This document shows, one piece after another, positions 26,351-40,155 of a stretch of DNA of 64,000 bases; the first letter of the stretch is position 1, and each line of letters opens with the position of its first letter. Under the pieces are notes generated by a model that did no database searches, was not told where the DNA came from, and saw nothing but the letters and a program-made list of their open reading frames with translations. The translations under genes and the position numbers were made by a program. The DNA comes from Eledone cirrhosa (taxonomy: Eukaryota): NCBI GenBank assembly GCA_964016885.1, contig OZ024741.1, forward strand, positions 353,524,001-353,588,000, in the 5' to 3' direction.

Positions 26351-27719
26351 TTACACTCCATCATTCGGAATAAAATTTTATTTATGGAATATATCATGGA
26401 AATACAGTTTAATAGAAAAAGAAAGAAAGGAAATTTAGAAGAATGTAATGTAAAATAGGAAAATATAGGCAAAAAAGAGAATAAGAAAGAAAAAAACGGG
26501 AAGGTGAGGGAATGGCAAGGACTTTAGTGTCACAGAAGAATGGGAGGGGTGATGATTGGGCTCTGGGCCTATGGCAATTTGCATTGTACTTATTTTTCCC
26601 CAAAAAATTATATATATATCTCACAATGTTACATACAAACTATACGGTTTATGTTCATTTGGAACAGCCAATGGCGTGTGTCTGGAGGGCAAAACATTGA
26701 TAAAAATGAAAGGTTTTTCTAATGTATATTTATATTTCTTGTTTGTGTTTGAGTTTCTGCGTGTATGTGTGTTTCTATATATAAGCGAAACACCTTCTAG
26801 TAGTTATATTCTTAAAGGAACATAACTCAATATATATGTGAATTTATCCATTAGATCAATAGAGATAGATAAGATATGTTTCAGACTAAGAAATGGAATC
26901 GATATAATTGAAAGTCGTAACCCAGCTGGACTGCAATTAAAGAAACCAGTAAAAAGATATGCACCAATTATTTTTGTTTGGCTTTTACGAGGGTGTGAAT
27001 ATATTCCTGGGAATCAATACAGTATATAACTGGTATTTATTCGATCAACCCGAGGAGCAAAATACAAAATCAATTCGAATCGAGAGACGCTAAACCTAAA
27101 CATACTAAATCATAAATAATCCAAGTATTCTATTAGTTCTGTTTACACGAGTCTTCGACCTTCTCAATATTCAATACGGTGTAGTCTCCTTTCGCATTTT
27201 TTTAGGGAGGGGGGGGGGGGGGTAAACAATAAGAAAATCGAAAGATGAAACTATGTTGTTCTGTCATAAACATTAAAATTCAGAAACTAAATTTTATAAC
27301 ATTAAAATAGAACAAAAAGAAAAAAAATCTGTTATCATGGCACTGTCGGTTTATGCTGGCATTTCAAGAAACGGAAATCCTTCTTCTTTAGAAAACTATA
27401 ACAATTGGTTGTTAACTGTAAACTTGCATTTCACGTCATTATTTTCTCCTTTCTCGTTCTCTTCTATACCTCACTCTTTCTTGGTCTCTTTATTTCTTTC
27501 TTTATCCTCCTCTGTCCTCATCTTTCTGTCTGAGTTCATTCATTTTAAATTATATATATGTGTGAGTTTGTGCGTGCATACTTGTTTCTTTACGCATGTG
27601 TGACTGCATATATATATATGTGTGCGCGTGCGCGCGCATGTGTGTGTGCGTATGCATGTGCGTGTGTGTGTGTGTATACTGAGAATCTATGAGGTTTGCG
27701 TTGGAAAGCAACGTAACAC

Positions 27720-27773
27720 TGTATAAGCAAACGTATTCAAAAACATATTAAAATATGTTTCATCATCAGTACA
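27720..27773 (-). ncRNA. Degenerate hammerhead motif
   Basis: tgta CTGATGA t gaaacatatt tt aatatgtttt t GAAt acgtttgct TA taca; close to a (TG)n tract. Confidence 0.5.
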
Positions 27774-27953
27774 AGGAGTTTTGATTCGATGCCAAAACAA
27801 CCATTAGAAAATTTTCTAAACATTCTTGTATTCAATGGTCATATACAGAACACATGATGCTTTCATGTATTAACGTGTAAAACGATATGATGTTTCAGTA
27901 TCATATGTATAAATCCCATGTATGCAAGTGAAGCGTTAATTATTAATGAACTA

Positions 27954-28101
27954 TGGGCGTTGGATTGGCAGTATCGGTAGGGGGTCGGACGCCATGCTTT
28001 GCATGATAGAGTTATGGCCCTTTACAGCCTGAGTTCAAATCCCGTCGAGGTTAACTTTGCCTTTCATCCTTACGGGGTCGATAAAAGTAGAAACAATTAT
28101 T
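27954..28101 (+). mobile_element. tRNA-type SINE copy
   Basis: gagttcaaatcccgtcgaggttaactttgcctttcatccttacggggtcgataaaa. Confidence 0.85.
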
Positions 28102-28557
28102 AATGAACTTATATTGTTAATGAATAAATTATTTTTTTATGACAATGTTTTAGCACATTGATAATTCCTCAATATGTAGCTATGGCGGTATTGCAAGAAA
28201 TCACAAATTCCGACATTTTGTTCCGAATTGCAAAACAGTGTAATCGAATCTTATACTACTTCGAGAGAAATAGATCTCTCCTAGAATCATAATTTTTCAG
28301 TTTATTTTATTTCATTTCTATATGTGTGAATTCTCACCAATTTTCTCATTTTTCTCTCCCTTTCATTACATCTGAGCCCCTAAATCTAGGCCTCTCTTCG
28401 TGCAAGCTGTTCTCTCAGCACGTACACACATAACATTCCTTCTTTACTATAGTTCCAGATAACTCTTTAACATGCATATTTTCTTCTAATCACTTTCTCT
28501 TTCTTCTGCAACATTCTCTTCTTCTCCTTTTCCTTCTCTCTATATCTTTCTCTATAT

Positions 28558-28594
<37 letters not shown>

Positions 28595-29356
28595 ACACAC
28601 ACACACAACACATCCTCTCTCTCTCACACACACACACACAAAACATCCTCCCTCTCTCTCTCTCTCTCACACACACACAACACATACTCTCTCTCTCTCT
28701 CCCTCTCTCTCACACACACACAACATACACACTCTCTCTCTCACACACACACGGCACACACACACGACACATACACACACACACACATTCTCTCTCTCTC
28801 TCTTTCTCTCTCTCTCACACACACATACACACATACTCAAGACATTCGTATTTTTTTTAATCTAAGAAACGCGAAATCGTTCTATTCATAATTGGCGTTG
28901 AGGATTTAATAAATGAATAAATAAATAAATAATATGAGTAAATAAATAAAATGATTAAATAGAATAGTACACAACCAAAATAATCAAATAGTTTTAAAAT
29001 AGCTATAACGACAAAATAGTTAAACAAGTATAATCAGAAATGGAGGAAAGATTAAAAGTTTACAGTAAAAACCAATGTGCTGTCGCATTCCAAATATTTA
29101 TTCATAGTGCTTGCAATAGGCATTAACACTCGCAGTTTGATGGTAAAAAAACATCGGAATACTATTGATTTTTTTTTCTTTTCTTCTTCTTACACGGTTA
29201 TTTGCATCAAAACCTAATGGTAGAAAACTGTGTAATTACTGACATGCTAGCCGCTAAAAGCTGCAATTCCTATACACATATGTGATTATGTATAATATAT
29301 GGACAAAATAAAGCAAGATTTTTTTAAATTTTACTTTTAATAATAATAATAATAAT

Positions 29357-29538
29357 TGTTTCTACTATTTGGCACAAGGCCAGCAATTAACCAGTGTATT
29401 ACTGGTACTTTATTTTATCGACTCCGCAAGGATGAAAGGCAAAGTTAACCTCGGCGGGATTTGAACTCAGAATGGCAAGGGCCGTAACACTATGCGTCAA
29501 AGCATGACGTCCGACCCTCTACCGATACTGCCAATCCA
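29357..29538 (-). mobile_element. tRNA-type SINE copy
   Basis: Complete head-core-tail. Confidence 0.85.
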
Positions 29539-29540
29539 TG

Positions 29541-32500
29541 GTTTCTTTATTGGCCACAAGGGCTAACATGAAGAAAAACATTACAGACGGCACAGAACAG
29601 TATAGGACGATACAAAATGGGTTTTGGTCGTGTAAATAGGTTATAACAAGATAGAAACCGGGATAGAAATTAAAAAAAATTCAAACAACAAAAAGAAGGG
29701 GGAAACCTCCGAGGGTCACTTGTGGTGAAAACCACACAAAAGACCACGGCCACCCTGACCACCAAGGCAAGCGCTCTCTCTCACTTTTCCCAATCCTCGG
29801 TCTACAGCCGCATACTCAAAGCGGGCCCGTTCACTCGGACCAGACTAGCCACTTTCACCCACCTTTAAACAAACTTACTAGAAGACAGCACTTGCCTCTC
29901 CACCCTGATGTTCCTCTTCAAGTGAAACTTGAAAAGGTTAATCAGGGATTGGCTGGAGAAGAAAGTGTCCGTCTTCAACCCTTTCAACCTTGTCCACCAC
30001 ACAACCTCTTTCGCCATGGCCACCAGGCAGATGAAAACTGCCTTCCCTTCCTCCTCTTTAAAGGAGGATGGCGGGGCTATCTGCACAATGGACTTGTCGC
30101 TAGTCGCTACAGACTCAATCGACGAGCTGGGGAAAAGGACGTCTGGAAAACGGTGACCACACCTGTTCACCGTCAAGGAAGCACCAGAGATGTCGCAGCC
30201 TCAGCGCATGTTTGCGCATCATCAGCCACGGCATGCCTAGTCCTCCACGTAACGGGTGTTGACGGCAAATAGATCGTCTGACCATGGGAGCCTGTCCCTT
30301 CCACAAAAAGCGGAAGAGAAGGCGCTCCATTTTGGTCAGAGTTGAGCGGGGGCAAGGTACGACGGTCAGGCGGTAGCAGATGACGGGCACGATATACGCA
30401 TTTGCCACCTCCGCCCGACCTTTCAGAGACAGCCTCCTCTCGGCCCATTTCTGGGTGAGAGATGCCACCCTGTTCGTCACCTCGCTCCAGTTTTTCTGAA
30501 TCTGGAGATCCGAACTGAACCAGACCCCGAGCAATTTAACCGGTCCTTTCGTCCAGCGCTCCACGACGCAGTCGGACGGCATGGACTTGCCTCTCCAGGT
30601 GCCTAGTTGTAAGCCCACCGACATTTCCTGGTTTATCTTTGCTCCTGTCATCGCTTCGTATTCCTTGAGAGCGGTGCCGAGCATCTGGACGTATTTGGCA
30701 CTCGACACCACCACGGTGACGTCGTCGCCGTAAGCTGACACGGATCTGCCGCATCCTAGTTCGCGTGCCCCCCCCCCCATCGTCTCCAATTTGGGCAGTA
30801 ACGGCTCGAGGGCCAGTACGTACAAGAGGGACGAGAGGGGGAAACCCTGGCGGACCAAGCGTATGGTGCTGACAGGCTGCGACAGGTGACCATTCACCCA
30901 AACAATCGAGCAGATGTCACTGTGCATCGCAGCGATCCAGCCCCTAAAATAGGGGCCCGAAGCGGGCCGCCTCGAGGACCGCAGCCAGGTACCGATCGTC
31001 GACCCTATCAAATGCTTTAGATTGATCCAAGTTGATCAGGGCCCCACCCGTGCCAGGTTCCTTAACCACCCTCTCTATGATGTATCGCATGAGATGGAGG
31101 TTGTTGTGGATGGATCTATCCGGAATGGCGCATGTCTGCGCCTCTCCCAACAGATCACCGACGACAAGCGCCAATCTCTTTGCTAACACCTTGGCCAAAA
31201 TCTTAAACTCTTCGTTTGGCAGAGTTATGGGCCTGAAGATGTCTATAACGTCCCCCTTGTTGGGGTCTTTTCTCAGCAGCGCCACCGCTCCCCACCTCAC
31301 AAGACTGGAAATGCTCCCGTTCTGCTGCCAGTTGCAGTAGACATCTGCGAAGAGGTCACCGAACAAGTCTGGCATATACACATAAAGATAGTAGGGCAGA
31401 CCATCCAAACCTGGTGATTTACCCCTCGTGCAGTCAGACATCGCTTCCCGTATTTCACCTGCTGTTATCGGCTTTTCGCAGCACTACGCTGCGGTGGTCG
31501 AGAGCCGCGGCAGTCCGTCGAGGTATGCACCGAAGTCCATACTCCGATCCGGCCCGCCACCGCTCCCGAACAATTGAGCAAAGTGCTGTTGAAAAGCCGC
31601 ACACATCTGCTCGGGTTCGAGCAACATGTGCCCGTTTTGATCAGGCAAAGACCGAATTGTGGACTTGTTGCCACGTCGCGCCTCCACCACCCGGGCCCAT
31701 TGAACGGCTTTCGTCTCCTCGTGTCTTAGAGCACGCGCTCTAGCTCTGACAACGCAGCCTTCATGCTTTGCGTTGAAGAATTGGTCGAATGCCAATCTCG
31801 CAGAAAGCACGTCGGTTGCGATGCCTGTCCTAAACGCCTCTTCTATCTTTCTAACTAACTCTCCCTCTACTCTGTTTTCCTCTATCACTACTCCTTTGCT
31901 AAACCTTATCGATTCTAATCTCATAGCCCTTTTCAGAGTAAACCACCACCTGTTGTTGGCGATCGCACCCGTCAACGCACGCTTAACTAATTCGCTAATC
32001 CGGTCTCTGTAAGCTTTGCCCAGGTCTTGGTAGCAGCGGATCAGGCGTCGGAAGGAGGGGCCCTCTTCTTGGCTGTCTTCTGCGGGCAGAAGGCTCTGAG
32101 GTGACCCTCTGCCCACAGACATAGCACTTTGGGCGCCTTCCTTCCACGCTTATAGGAAGTTGGAGTCCTTCCTCGAGGTCTATGATGCCTGGGATGGCCT
32201 CGATGCACTTTTGGTCCGTTTGTATTAGCATTTGCATGTCTATTCCTGACCAGTTCTCTCTTCCCATTCTCTGTATTTGCAGTATGGTGGTCTTCTCCTC
32301 GATTCCAGCAAGTACAGACGCAGCCAGCTAAGGTATGAGCACGTCGGGTGGAACCTGGGTCACTTCGACACTCACAATTTTCTGCCCGCAGTAGGAGGGC
32401 ACCAAGACTATCTCCTCACTCTTTAGGGTTTCCAAAATGTGAGACTTCGCCTCTTGGGACGTGGCGAAAAGTATGTCTCCTGTGGCGTACTTTTTGCATC

Positions 32501-33358
32501 GGTTATGTGGGTTTTGCGCGTCCAGACGCACCCCAAGGCCTTTTGGATTTGAGCCTCCGTGGCTCTTTCCACCCGATGTGACATTTTGCTTACGGTGCGG
32601 TAAGTCACCGTGCGCAGCTGCTGGTCTTTGAAGAAATCGGGTGGAGGTTTCAGAGAAACTCTATTGTCGTTTCTTGACACCATGACTCTTGTGACTGCCA
32701 TCTCCTCCTCCGTGACTAGCACTGTCTCTATATTTCGGGCCACACCTGCGAAAGAAGTGGCCCCTTTTTCAGCGGCACCATTATTGCAACTACTGCTACT
32801 ACTGGTCTTCTTGTTGGTGCTGTTGCTGTTGCTACTGCTACAAACGGTGTAGTTGGTGTTGTTGCTGTTATCACTGTTGTAGTTGGTTGTGTTTTTGGTG
32901 CCACCGTTGTTGTTGTTGTTGTTGTTTTCGGTGCAATTTGTATTGTTGCTGTTGGTGTTGTCGCTGTTATTGTTGTAGTCGGTGTGGTAATCTTTTAAAA
33001 ATTAGTGTTCTCGGTGTTGTTGTCTTTGTTCACGTTGTTTGTGGTGGTGTTTGTTGTATGAATTTCTGTAACCCTCCTCTAAACTTTTACGCTCTAGTCA
33101 CACGTCAGCAGACATATTGTTGGGGGTGGGGTGGGGTGGGGGGTTCAGCCATGTCTTTTTTGTTTTTTTTTAAAGTAAAATGTTCAAATATTAATCAAAT
33201 ATTAAGGCCAAAAGGCCCAAATATTATACTTTCCCCATTCACAGGGCAAAATCTAAGGGCCTATATCCCTTATACAACAAGAAAAATTAAACAACAAATA
33301 ATTATAACAGGTAAATAAAGCGACTTACTGGGGGCGCGCAAAAAGCGTCCAAACAGAC
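29541..33358 (-). mobile_element. Tx1/L1-clade retrotransposon with both ends but internal deletions
   Basis: ORF1 remnant with CYVCGQ knuckle; ORF2 GKSPGLDGLP, FRPITL, LDQSKAFDRVD, VRQGFPLS, AYGDDVT, KLLGVWF, GGLGMP; 3' end aataaagaaac. Confidence 0.92.
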
Positions 33359-33371
33359 CAATAATAATAAT

Positions 33372-33456
33372 GTTTCTACTTTTGGCACAAGGCCAACAAT
33401 TACCCGAGTGCATTACTGGTGCTTTATTTTATCGACCCCGTAAAGATGAAAGGCAA
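33372..33456 (-). mobile_element. SINE 3' half
   Basis: gtttctacttttggcacaagg...gatgaaaggca. Confidence 0.75.
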
Positions 33457-33804
33457 TTCAGCTACGTTTATTTTAATTTTATTCTCTATGGTTGTTTGTG
33501 ACCATCCGTCAGTTGTATGAATTCATTGACAAAATGGCGGTAAATCAGTCCATGTAATTTTGACAGGTACATATATAATTAGATAGACAACCACTATCAC
33601 TAGCATAATGATATATGCTTGGAAAATGTGGAAGAAAGCTCTCAGACGTTCAGAACACTAGGCGTATGTCACTTCATGGTTCCAGCGGACAGAATAGAAA
33701 GAGCGTTACCTCAGAAGATAACGAGATAAACTTGTTGAAATAGCCATTTATACCCGCGTTACTCACTGCTCCTGCGGGTAACCAACTCCGTCGTTGTTGC
33801 TTGT

Positions 33805-34170
33805 GCAAACGCGTGATCAAATGGCTCACAATCATAAGGTCGCAATTTCGATACCCAAACTGAGCGGCGCCTTGTGTCCTTGAACAAGACACTATATTTC
33901 ACATTGCTCCAGTTCACTCCGCTAGTAAAAATTAATTGTGACAACACTGGTGTCAAGTTGTATGGCCTCTCATTCTCCCTTACAATGTGGTATTTGTATG
34001 GTCTATTCTTCTCTCTTATACAGTGGCGAGGGGAGGGGCGACTGGCATCAATGGGTAACTGCTGATCTTCTACAAAACCCCTTACCAGAAATCCGTTCCT
34101 TGGAGAGGAACTTTCCTAGTGCAAACCCATGGTCACTCATAACCAATAAGGGGCCGCATTCTATTGTCAC
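33805..34170 (+). mobile_element. tRNA-derived SINE, third family
   Basis: gtgtccttgaacaagacacta.atttcacattgctccagttcactc; related copy at 43540-43715. Confidence 0.7.
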
Positions 34171-35410
34171 TTAAACTGTGACCAGATCTGATGGAACTTG
34201 CATATGATCAAGAGTAATCCAAACACTACCTTCACGACTTTTCTTATACGATAAACTATATAGCTAGATCTACAATATGACTGAAGGAAAATAATCTGGT
34301 GCAGATTTCTGAATTACTAAGTACAGTAGAGTTTTACATATGTAATATAGTGATCAATTGATGCAATCCAAGCAAATGGTAAACAAAAAAGCACAAAAAG
34401 TAAGATGGTTAATTCCAACAAGATCAGATGATCAAAATAGTTTGCCAATATTCATATTGTGGATTGTATGTCATCTGATCTCTAAAGCTAACTGCTTAAG
34501 TTATCTGAGTTTATCAAAGATTTTCAAATCATTATATTACAAATGGGAAACTCTGAGACAATTCTAGATTATTCAATGTTTTTCTTTTCTTTTTCAATAT
34601 GGTATAAGTTTTGAAAGAGATTTAACGGTTATTTCTAGCGAGTCAAGTGACCGTGTAAAGGATCTTTTTGTTAGCTCGATAAATTACAGATTAGTTCTGA
34701 TTGAACAGACTTGAAATCAAAGGCATTCCCGCCATGGCCATCCTGTAGTTTATTATGAAGCATGATGTATCGATTACTACATGAACAAATATTTCCTTTC
34801 TTTTTTGAGATAGTAGCTGGGATTTGAATTAGATTTGACTAATATTTCAAGCAGGGCAATCGTCGTCTCAGATGTGTTTTCATTTTCTCCTCAACATGGT
34901 ATAGTATACATTCCTTTATATTTAAAATATAATAGAACACCGAAAATATAAGTGAAAGAATGTGAAACAAATAAGTAGAGATTCACATGCACACCTGCGC
35001 GCGAAAGTGCACATAAATTAAATAGACACTCTATAGGTTTCAACCATGAATATTCTGATTCTTGGATCAATTAGATTGCCTACACGTATTATAGAAATCA
35101 GTATTTGTGTTAGAAATCATTATAGCGAAAGTGGTTGAGTATTTTGCTGATACATGTACATTAAATTCAATTCTCAGGCGAAACCGACGTGACACACAGA
35201 GTGTGACAAGCCAAATACTTGAATTACAGGCACAGTCAATCCCATGAACTTCCATTGTTACTCAAAGGGTATGGTCAACCCGAGTCTTGTGGAGGTCACT
35301 TGCCCAAGAAGTAAACTCGTAACCAAATGGTTACGAAGTGAAGTTATAAACAACACGGTCATACCAGCACTTATTATTTTAGATATTTTCTCTCACCTTC
35401 TCACGCCCTA

Positions 35411-35448
<38 letters not shown>

Positions 35449-35779
35449 TTTTTCTTGCGCAAAACAAACACACAAATATATTCAGAACAAATAAAATACG
35501 ATGTTTGTTCCTAAAGCATAAAGCAATTCAACTCTTAGAAAAACTTGAGGAGTTTTTATTTGGTTTGTGTATTCTATTGTATTTCCTATTATTTATTTAT
35601 TTATTTGTTATTTATTTGTTATTTATTCCTTCCTTCATTTATTTATTGTCTTTTTGATGCTTGTTTGTTTGTTTTTTCCTAATATTTCTCTAGCTCCTTC
35701 AAACAAAATAATTTCAAATCATTCCTCACCTCATAGCGATGAAATACAAAAAGAAAAAATCAAAATAAACAAAAAAAAT

Positions 35780-35789
35780 AGTGATGATA

Positions 35790-35821
<32 letters not shown>

Positions 35822-35963
35822 AAGGAGGAGGAGAAGGAGCAGGAGTAGTATAATGGAGATGGTGGTGTTGAAGATGTGTTGGTGGGGGGGGGGGTAATGA
35901 TGATGATGGTGGTGAGTAGTAGTAGTAATAGTAGTAGTAGTAGTAGTAGTAGAGGTGATGTTG

Positions 35964-35994
<31 letters not shown>

Positions 35995-36007
35995 GTGGTG
36001 GTGGTGG
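35780..36007. repeat. Compound trinucleotide repeats (GAT, GAG, TAG, GGT)
   Basis: Directly visible. Confidence 0.9.
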
Positions 36008-37469
36008 AGAATAATTAAAACGAACATACCATATGGTCACTTCTCTTCAGTTGAAAAATCTTTGTGACCTGATATATTGGTAACAATAACTCTTCATGGC
36101 AATTGTTCAGTTTCCAATCTAATTTGTTTTGTTCCATGTTTGTCTTATTCTTACCCAAATAAGACGACACAATAATTTCTATTGTCTATATAGTCCTCGC
36201 TACCGTTGATACTTAGAGGTGAATAGATCTATTAGATAATATATCAGAATCATGGTTTGTAAGTTCATGTCACTGCAGGCATATTTGTTTTCTTACGAGT
36301 TTCTCTGGACAAGAAGAAATTAATCATAAATATATAATATGCGTACATCATTCTGTACATCAGCAACTACTGGATTTATATATAATTTACGCAGTTAGTG
36401 ATGTACTTCGTTAACAAGAATGTAAATACGTTTTTATCGTTAGTTATGAGTGTTCGAAAAGAAAATTTTCCTGGGACAAGCAAATATATTGCGGTCGCTC
36501 AGACTATTAGAAATAGCAACCACATTTCTCTCGTATCCTACCAGCCTTTTAGAAATATCAGCCATATTTCTAACAGGAAAAGAAAGGAGCCTATAGTCAG
36601 ATCAGACCAAGAAAACTTTGATACCATTCGTTTTTCTGATACTGAGACTATCTGCCGTTCGCATTCTTGGCAGGATAAGGCGGAAATTTGAACTCAAAAG
36701 GAAGTTCAACAGCTCGATTCTATAATAACTCCATCAACTAACCGCTCTCTGGACTGGAACTTTAATCACCGAACCCGTAAAGACGAAAGACAAAGTTCTT
36801 CAATTGAACAGGACTTGAATTCAGATCACAGGAACAAACACTAATGCATTTAATTCGATGTTCAAACGACTCTACCATTTCGCCGCTCCAATAATATCTT
36901 CTAATTTAGACCCTAGATTAGTAATTTGGCGGAAGAGGAAAGTTGATTAAATCTAACCCAATATATGACTGGTACGTTATAATATCGACTCCGAGAGGCT
37001 AAAAGGTAAATTTGATTGAGGGAGAATTTAAAATAAGAACACAAACGACCGTAATTAAATGCCGCAAAGTATTGTGTTCAATGTTTTAACCATAATAATT
37101 ATCCTTCACTTAGTAAAGTTAAGCTCTATTGGTCGAATTACTATACCAATTTTGATCTTTTGTACTTTGTAAACACCGCGTTTCAAACAGTTTGATATCT
37201 GTTCCTTGTTAGATGTTAAATTAAATATGTTCATAAACTAAGATTTGAGATTGAAATACCAGAGATTTATTTCATGCAAAGACAGTCAACTAGGAAGCCG
37301 AATTTCTGGGCATTAAAGGATCACAGCTTTATATAAATTTATATAATATGATTGAATATGTAATAATCTCTTGCGATAAATAAATAAATCACTGAAATAT
37401 CTAAAGTAGAGGTGAGAGTCTTACGTTGTTATGATCTGTAACATGATTTATTTAGCATGCTTGAGTGTG

Positions 37470-38590
37470 AACTTGCCACATTTGAGCTCTTTAACTGCTC
37501 TTCTGACATCAGCCTCTGAGAGATTAGTCACCGCCCCCAGATGCATCTCGTGTAGATCAGAAGATGCCGTTCTGATCGGGATTAGGAGAATAACAAAATA
37601 TTCTCTCCACCTCGCAAGGATGCACCTCTGTGAAGAGAGGATAACCCAAGACGCGTACTTGATAGCAGGTGTGGGCGAGGTCTTCTTATTACGAAGGCGG
37701 TGGGTAGTCTGGTGGAACACTTTATTTTCTGATCTGATGTCGGATTCCAGCTTAACCCCAATGCCCTCCCATGTCTTAACTTTGAACGCCTTTACTGTCT
37801 CTGCTGCGATACTTCGTGCCTGCTTGTACTGCAAGTGCAAGAAGGAAAACTTATTTCCAAGCCAAACTTTGCAAGCCTCCTTCTTTGTTCGGATTGCCTC
37901 GTTGACCTCTTGATTGAACCAAGGGATCCTTCTGCCATCGGCGCCACACCACGCTTATTACGTGTAACATTTAACAGCTGAAGCAAAAACTGCTGTGCCG
38001 AACATTTTCCATTCGGTCTTAACGTCCTCAGTTTGCTCAAGGAGTTCTCTGAATTTGGATACAATATCTGCATGCCTAGTCATGACTTTCCTATCCACCA
38101 TTGCTTCCCACTTTATCCTGTAGGTCAACTTGGACCTGCCAGTTTTTACGGCTTCTTTGGCTTTAGGTAGTCTCAAGTTGCAGATAACAAGATGGTGATC
38201 TGTTGACAACTCAGCCCCTCTCTTAACACGAACATCCAGCACAGAATCAAAGAGATCAGAGACAATAACAAAATCAATTATTGATATTTCTCCCTGATTC
38301 CCCATACACCATTTGTATTTATGGATGTCTCTGTGCTGGAAGAAGGTGTTCATAATAGAGAGTCCATTGCTAGAACAGAAGTCTAATAAGACCTCACGAT
38401 TTGTATTTAGATCGGGTTCACCATTCCTTCCAATCACTTCTTTTCTTGTCAGGTGGTCAGTACCAACATGTGCTTTGAAGTCTTTCATCAGGATATAAAA
38501 CTCAATCTTAACTACATCTAACGCTGCAGTGACTTCATCAAGGAAGGACATGTATTCGGACTCTTTATTTGGTGCTTAAACTTGCAGAGA
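37470..38590 (-). pseudogene. RTE-clade LINE apurinic endonuclease and linker (inverted segment)
   Basis: DFKAHVG, LLDFCSSNGLSIMNTFF, IDFVIVS, STDHHLV, RWREYF, AVKELKCGK. Confidence 0.9.
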
Positions 38591-38597
38591 CCAATCC

Positions 38598-39350
38598 AGG
38601 GTGGTCTGGATCTTTGGAAAGGCACCTAAGCAATGGCAATCAGGAGTGATAATCCCAATTTTCAAAAAGGGAGACAAGAGAGATTGTTCCGATTATAGAG
38701 GGATCTCCTTGTTAAGCTTCCCGGGTAAAGTCTAAGATAAACGTCTGGCAAAGAAATGCAGGGAGATTGTCGAGGCCAAGCTAGCCGATGAACAGTGTCG
38801 TTTTCCCCCGGATGCAGCGCAGCCGACTAAATATTCACACTATGGCAGTTCTTCGAGAAATAGTGGGAGTATTACCAAGAGGTACATTCTTGTCTTGTCA
38901 ACCTTGAAAAGGCATGTGACCGTGTTCCTCGGGACCTGCTGTGGAAGGTTGTGCAGGAGTATTGGATCGATGGTCAGCTTCTTGCTGGCCTATACGAATA
39001 CATGGTGCTGAATCGAAACCAATATGAGATTCGAACTCCGCCAAGGATGTGTACTGTCACCTCTCCTGTTAATTATTTACATGAACAGGATTGACATGCG
39101 CAGACGGGTTGGAAGTGACATCATGACTCGCGGATGTAAAATTAGTTGGCTGGAATTTATAGACGACATGTTGTTACTTAATTCGACTGGAAGGAAAATT
39201 TGTACTGCGAAAACAGAGACATTCATCCTCTCAAGCAAGCCTGCGCAGTGCAATCTACATTTGAATGGAGTTTCACCGAAGCAGGTAGAGAAGTTCAAGT
39301 ATCTCGGGGCCGTGTTTATGAGTGATGGAAGGCAGGAGGCTGAATTAAGT
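38598..39350 (+). pseudogene. RTE-clade LINE reverse transcriptase segment
   Basis: WQSGVIIPIFKKGD, YRGISLLS, LRQGCVLSPLL, FIDD, QVEKFKYLG. Confidence 0.9.
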
Positions 39351-39547
39351 GCAAGCAAACTGTTGTCTAAACAAGTTTAAAATGTGTTTATCAATTACAT
39401 CTGTAGGGATTCTCTTCTCGACTTGGTTTTACTCCTAAAATGAAAATATAGTTTTATTTAAGCATTCATGCTCGCCATATTTGGCATACGAGACTTTTCT
39501 GTATATTATATATTTATATATACACATACACACACACACACACACAC

Positions 39548-39640
<93 letters not shown>

Positions 39641-39644
<4 letters not shown>

Positions 39645-39762
39645 AACCAGTAAGACCCCGACGGCTGAGCTCTTACTGGTTCCTATTACCCACTCTACTA
39701 CCCTAAGTATTGAGTACTTTGGTGCGTTATGGTCCACCTGGTTCCTTACCACATTTCCTTCG

Positions 39763-39763
<1 letters not shown>
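39641..39763. mobile_element. Family A pLTR fragments joined head-to-head between (TA)n tracts
   Basis: Minus piece 39641-39672 begins GAGCTC; plus piece tcttactggttcc...ttccttcgt(TA)n. Confidence 0.8.
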
Positions 39764-39797
<34 letters not shown>

Positions 39798-39804
<7 letters not shown>

Positions 39805-39965
39805 AAATAATTAAGTCAAATATTTTAAATTTGGCTTCGTTTATTAAAAGTGTACTGCTGAAGAGGTCACAGCCAAGGATGGCTGTCACCGAAATATATA
39901 TAGCAGTACACCTTTAATAAACGAAGCCAAATTTTAAATATTTGACTTAATTATTTTATTTTACA
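39798..39965. mobile_element. Family B pLTR fold-back with hammerhead core in the spacer
   Basis: ~60-bp arms; spacer CTGAAGA ggtcacagcca agga tggctgtcacc GAAA tatata TA (39858-39902). Confidence 0.9.
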
Positions 39966-40155
39966 TTACTCCGGAGTAACCAAACCAACCTACGTACTTC
40001 GTCGAGTGCTCCAATCTGCATACTGAGGTGTCGGTAAACAACCAACATATACTCAAAATTTATATATATATATATCATATATTGAGTTATAAACTCAAAA
40101 TAATCTTTTACAATTAAATAGCTCAAAGAAAGGAATCTTTCCGAGCCGTGTAATA

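Noticed and set aside
27954-28101. tRNA gene (GTTCAAATCCC)
   Set aside because: B-box belongs to a multi-copy SINE head; no cloverleaf.
29892-31743. Plus-strand ORFs over the Tx1-like element
   Set aside because: Antisense shadow frames of GC-rich retrotransposon coding sequence.
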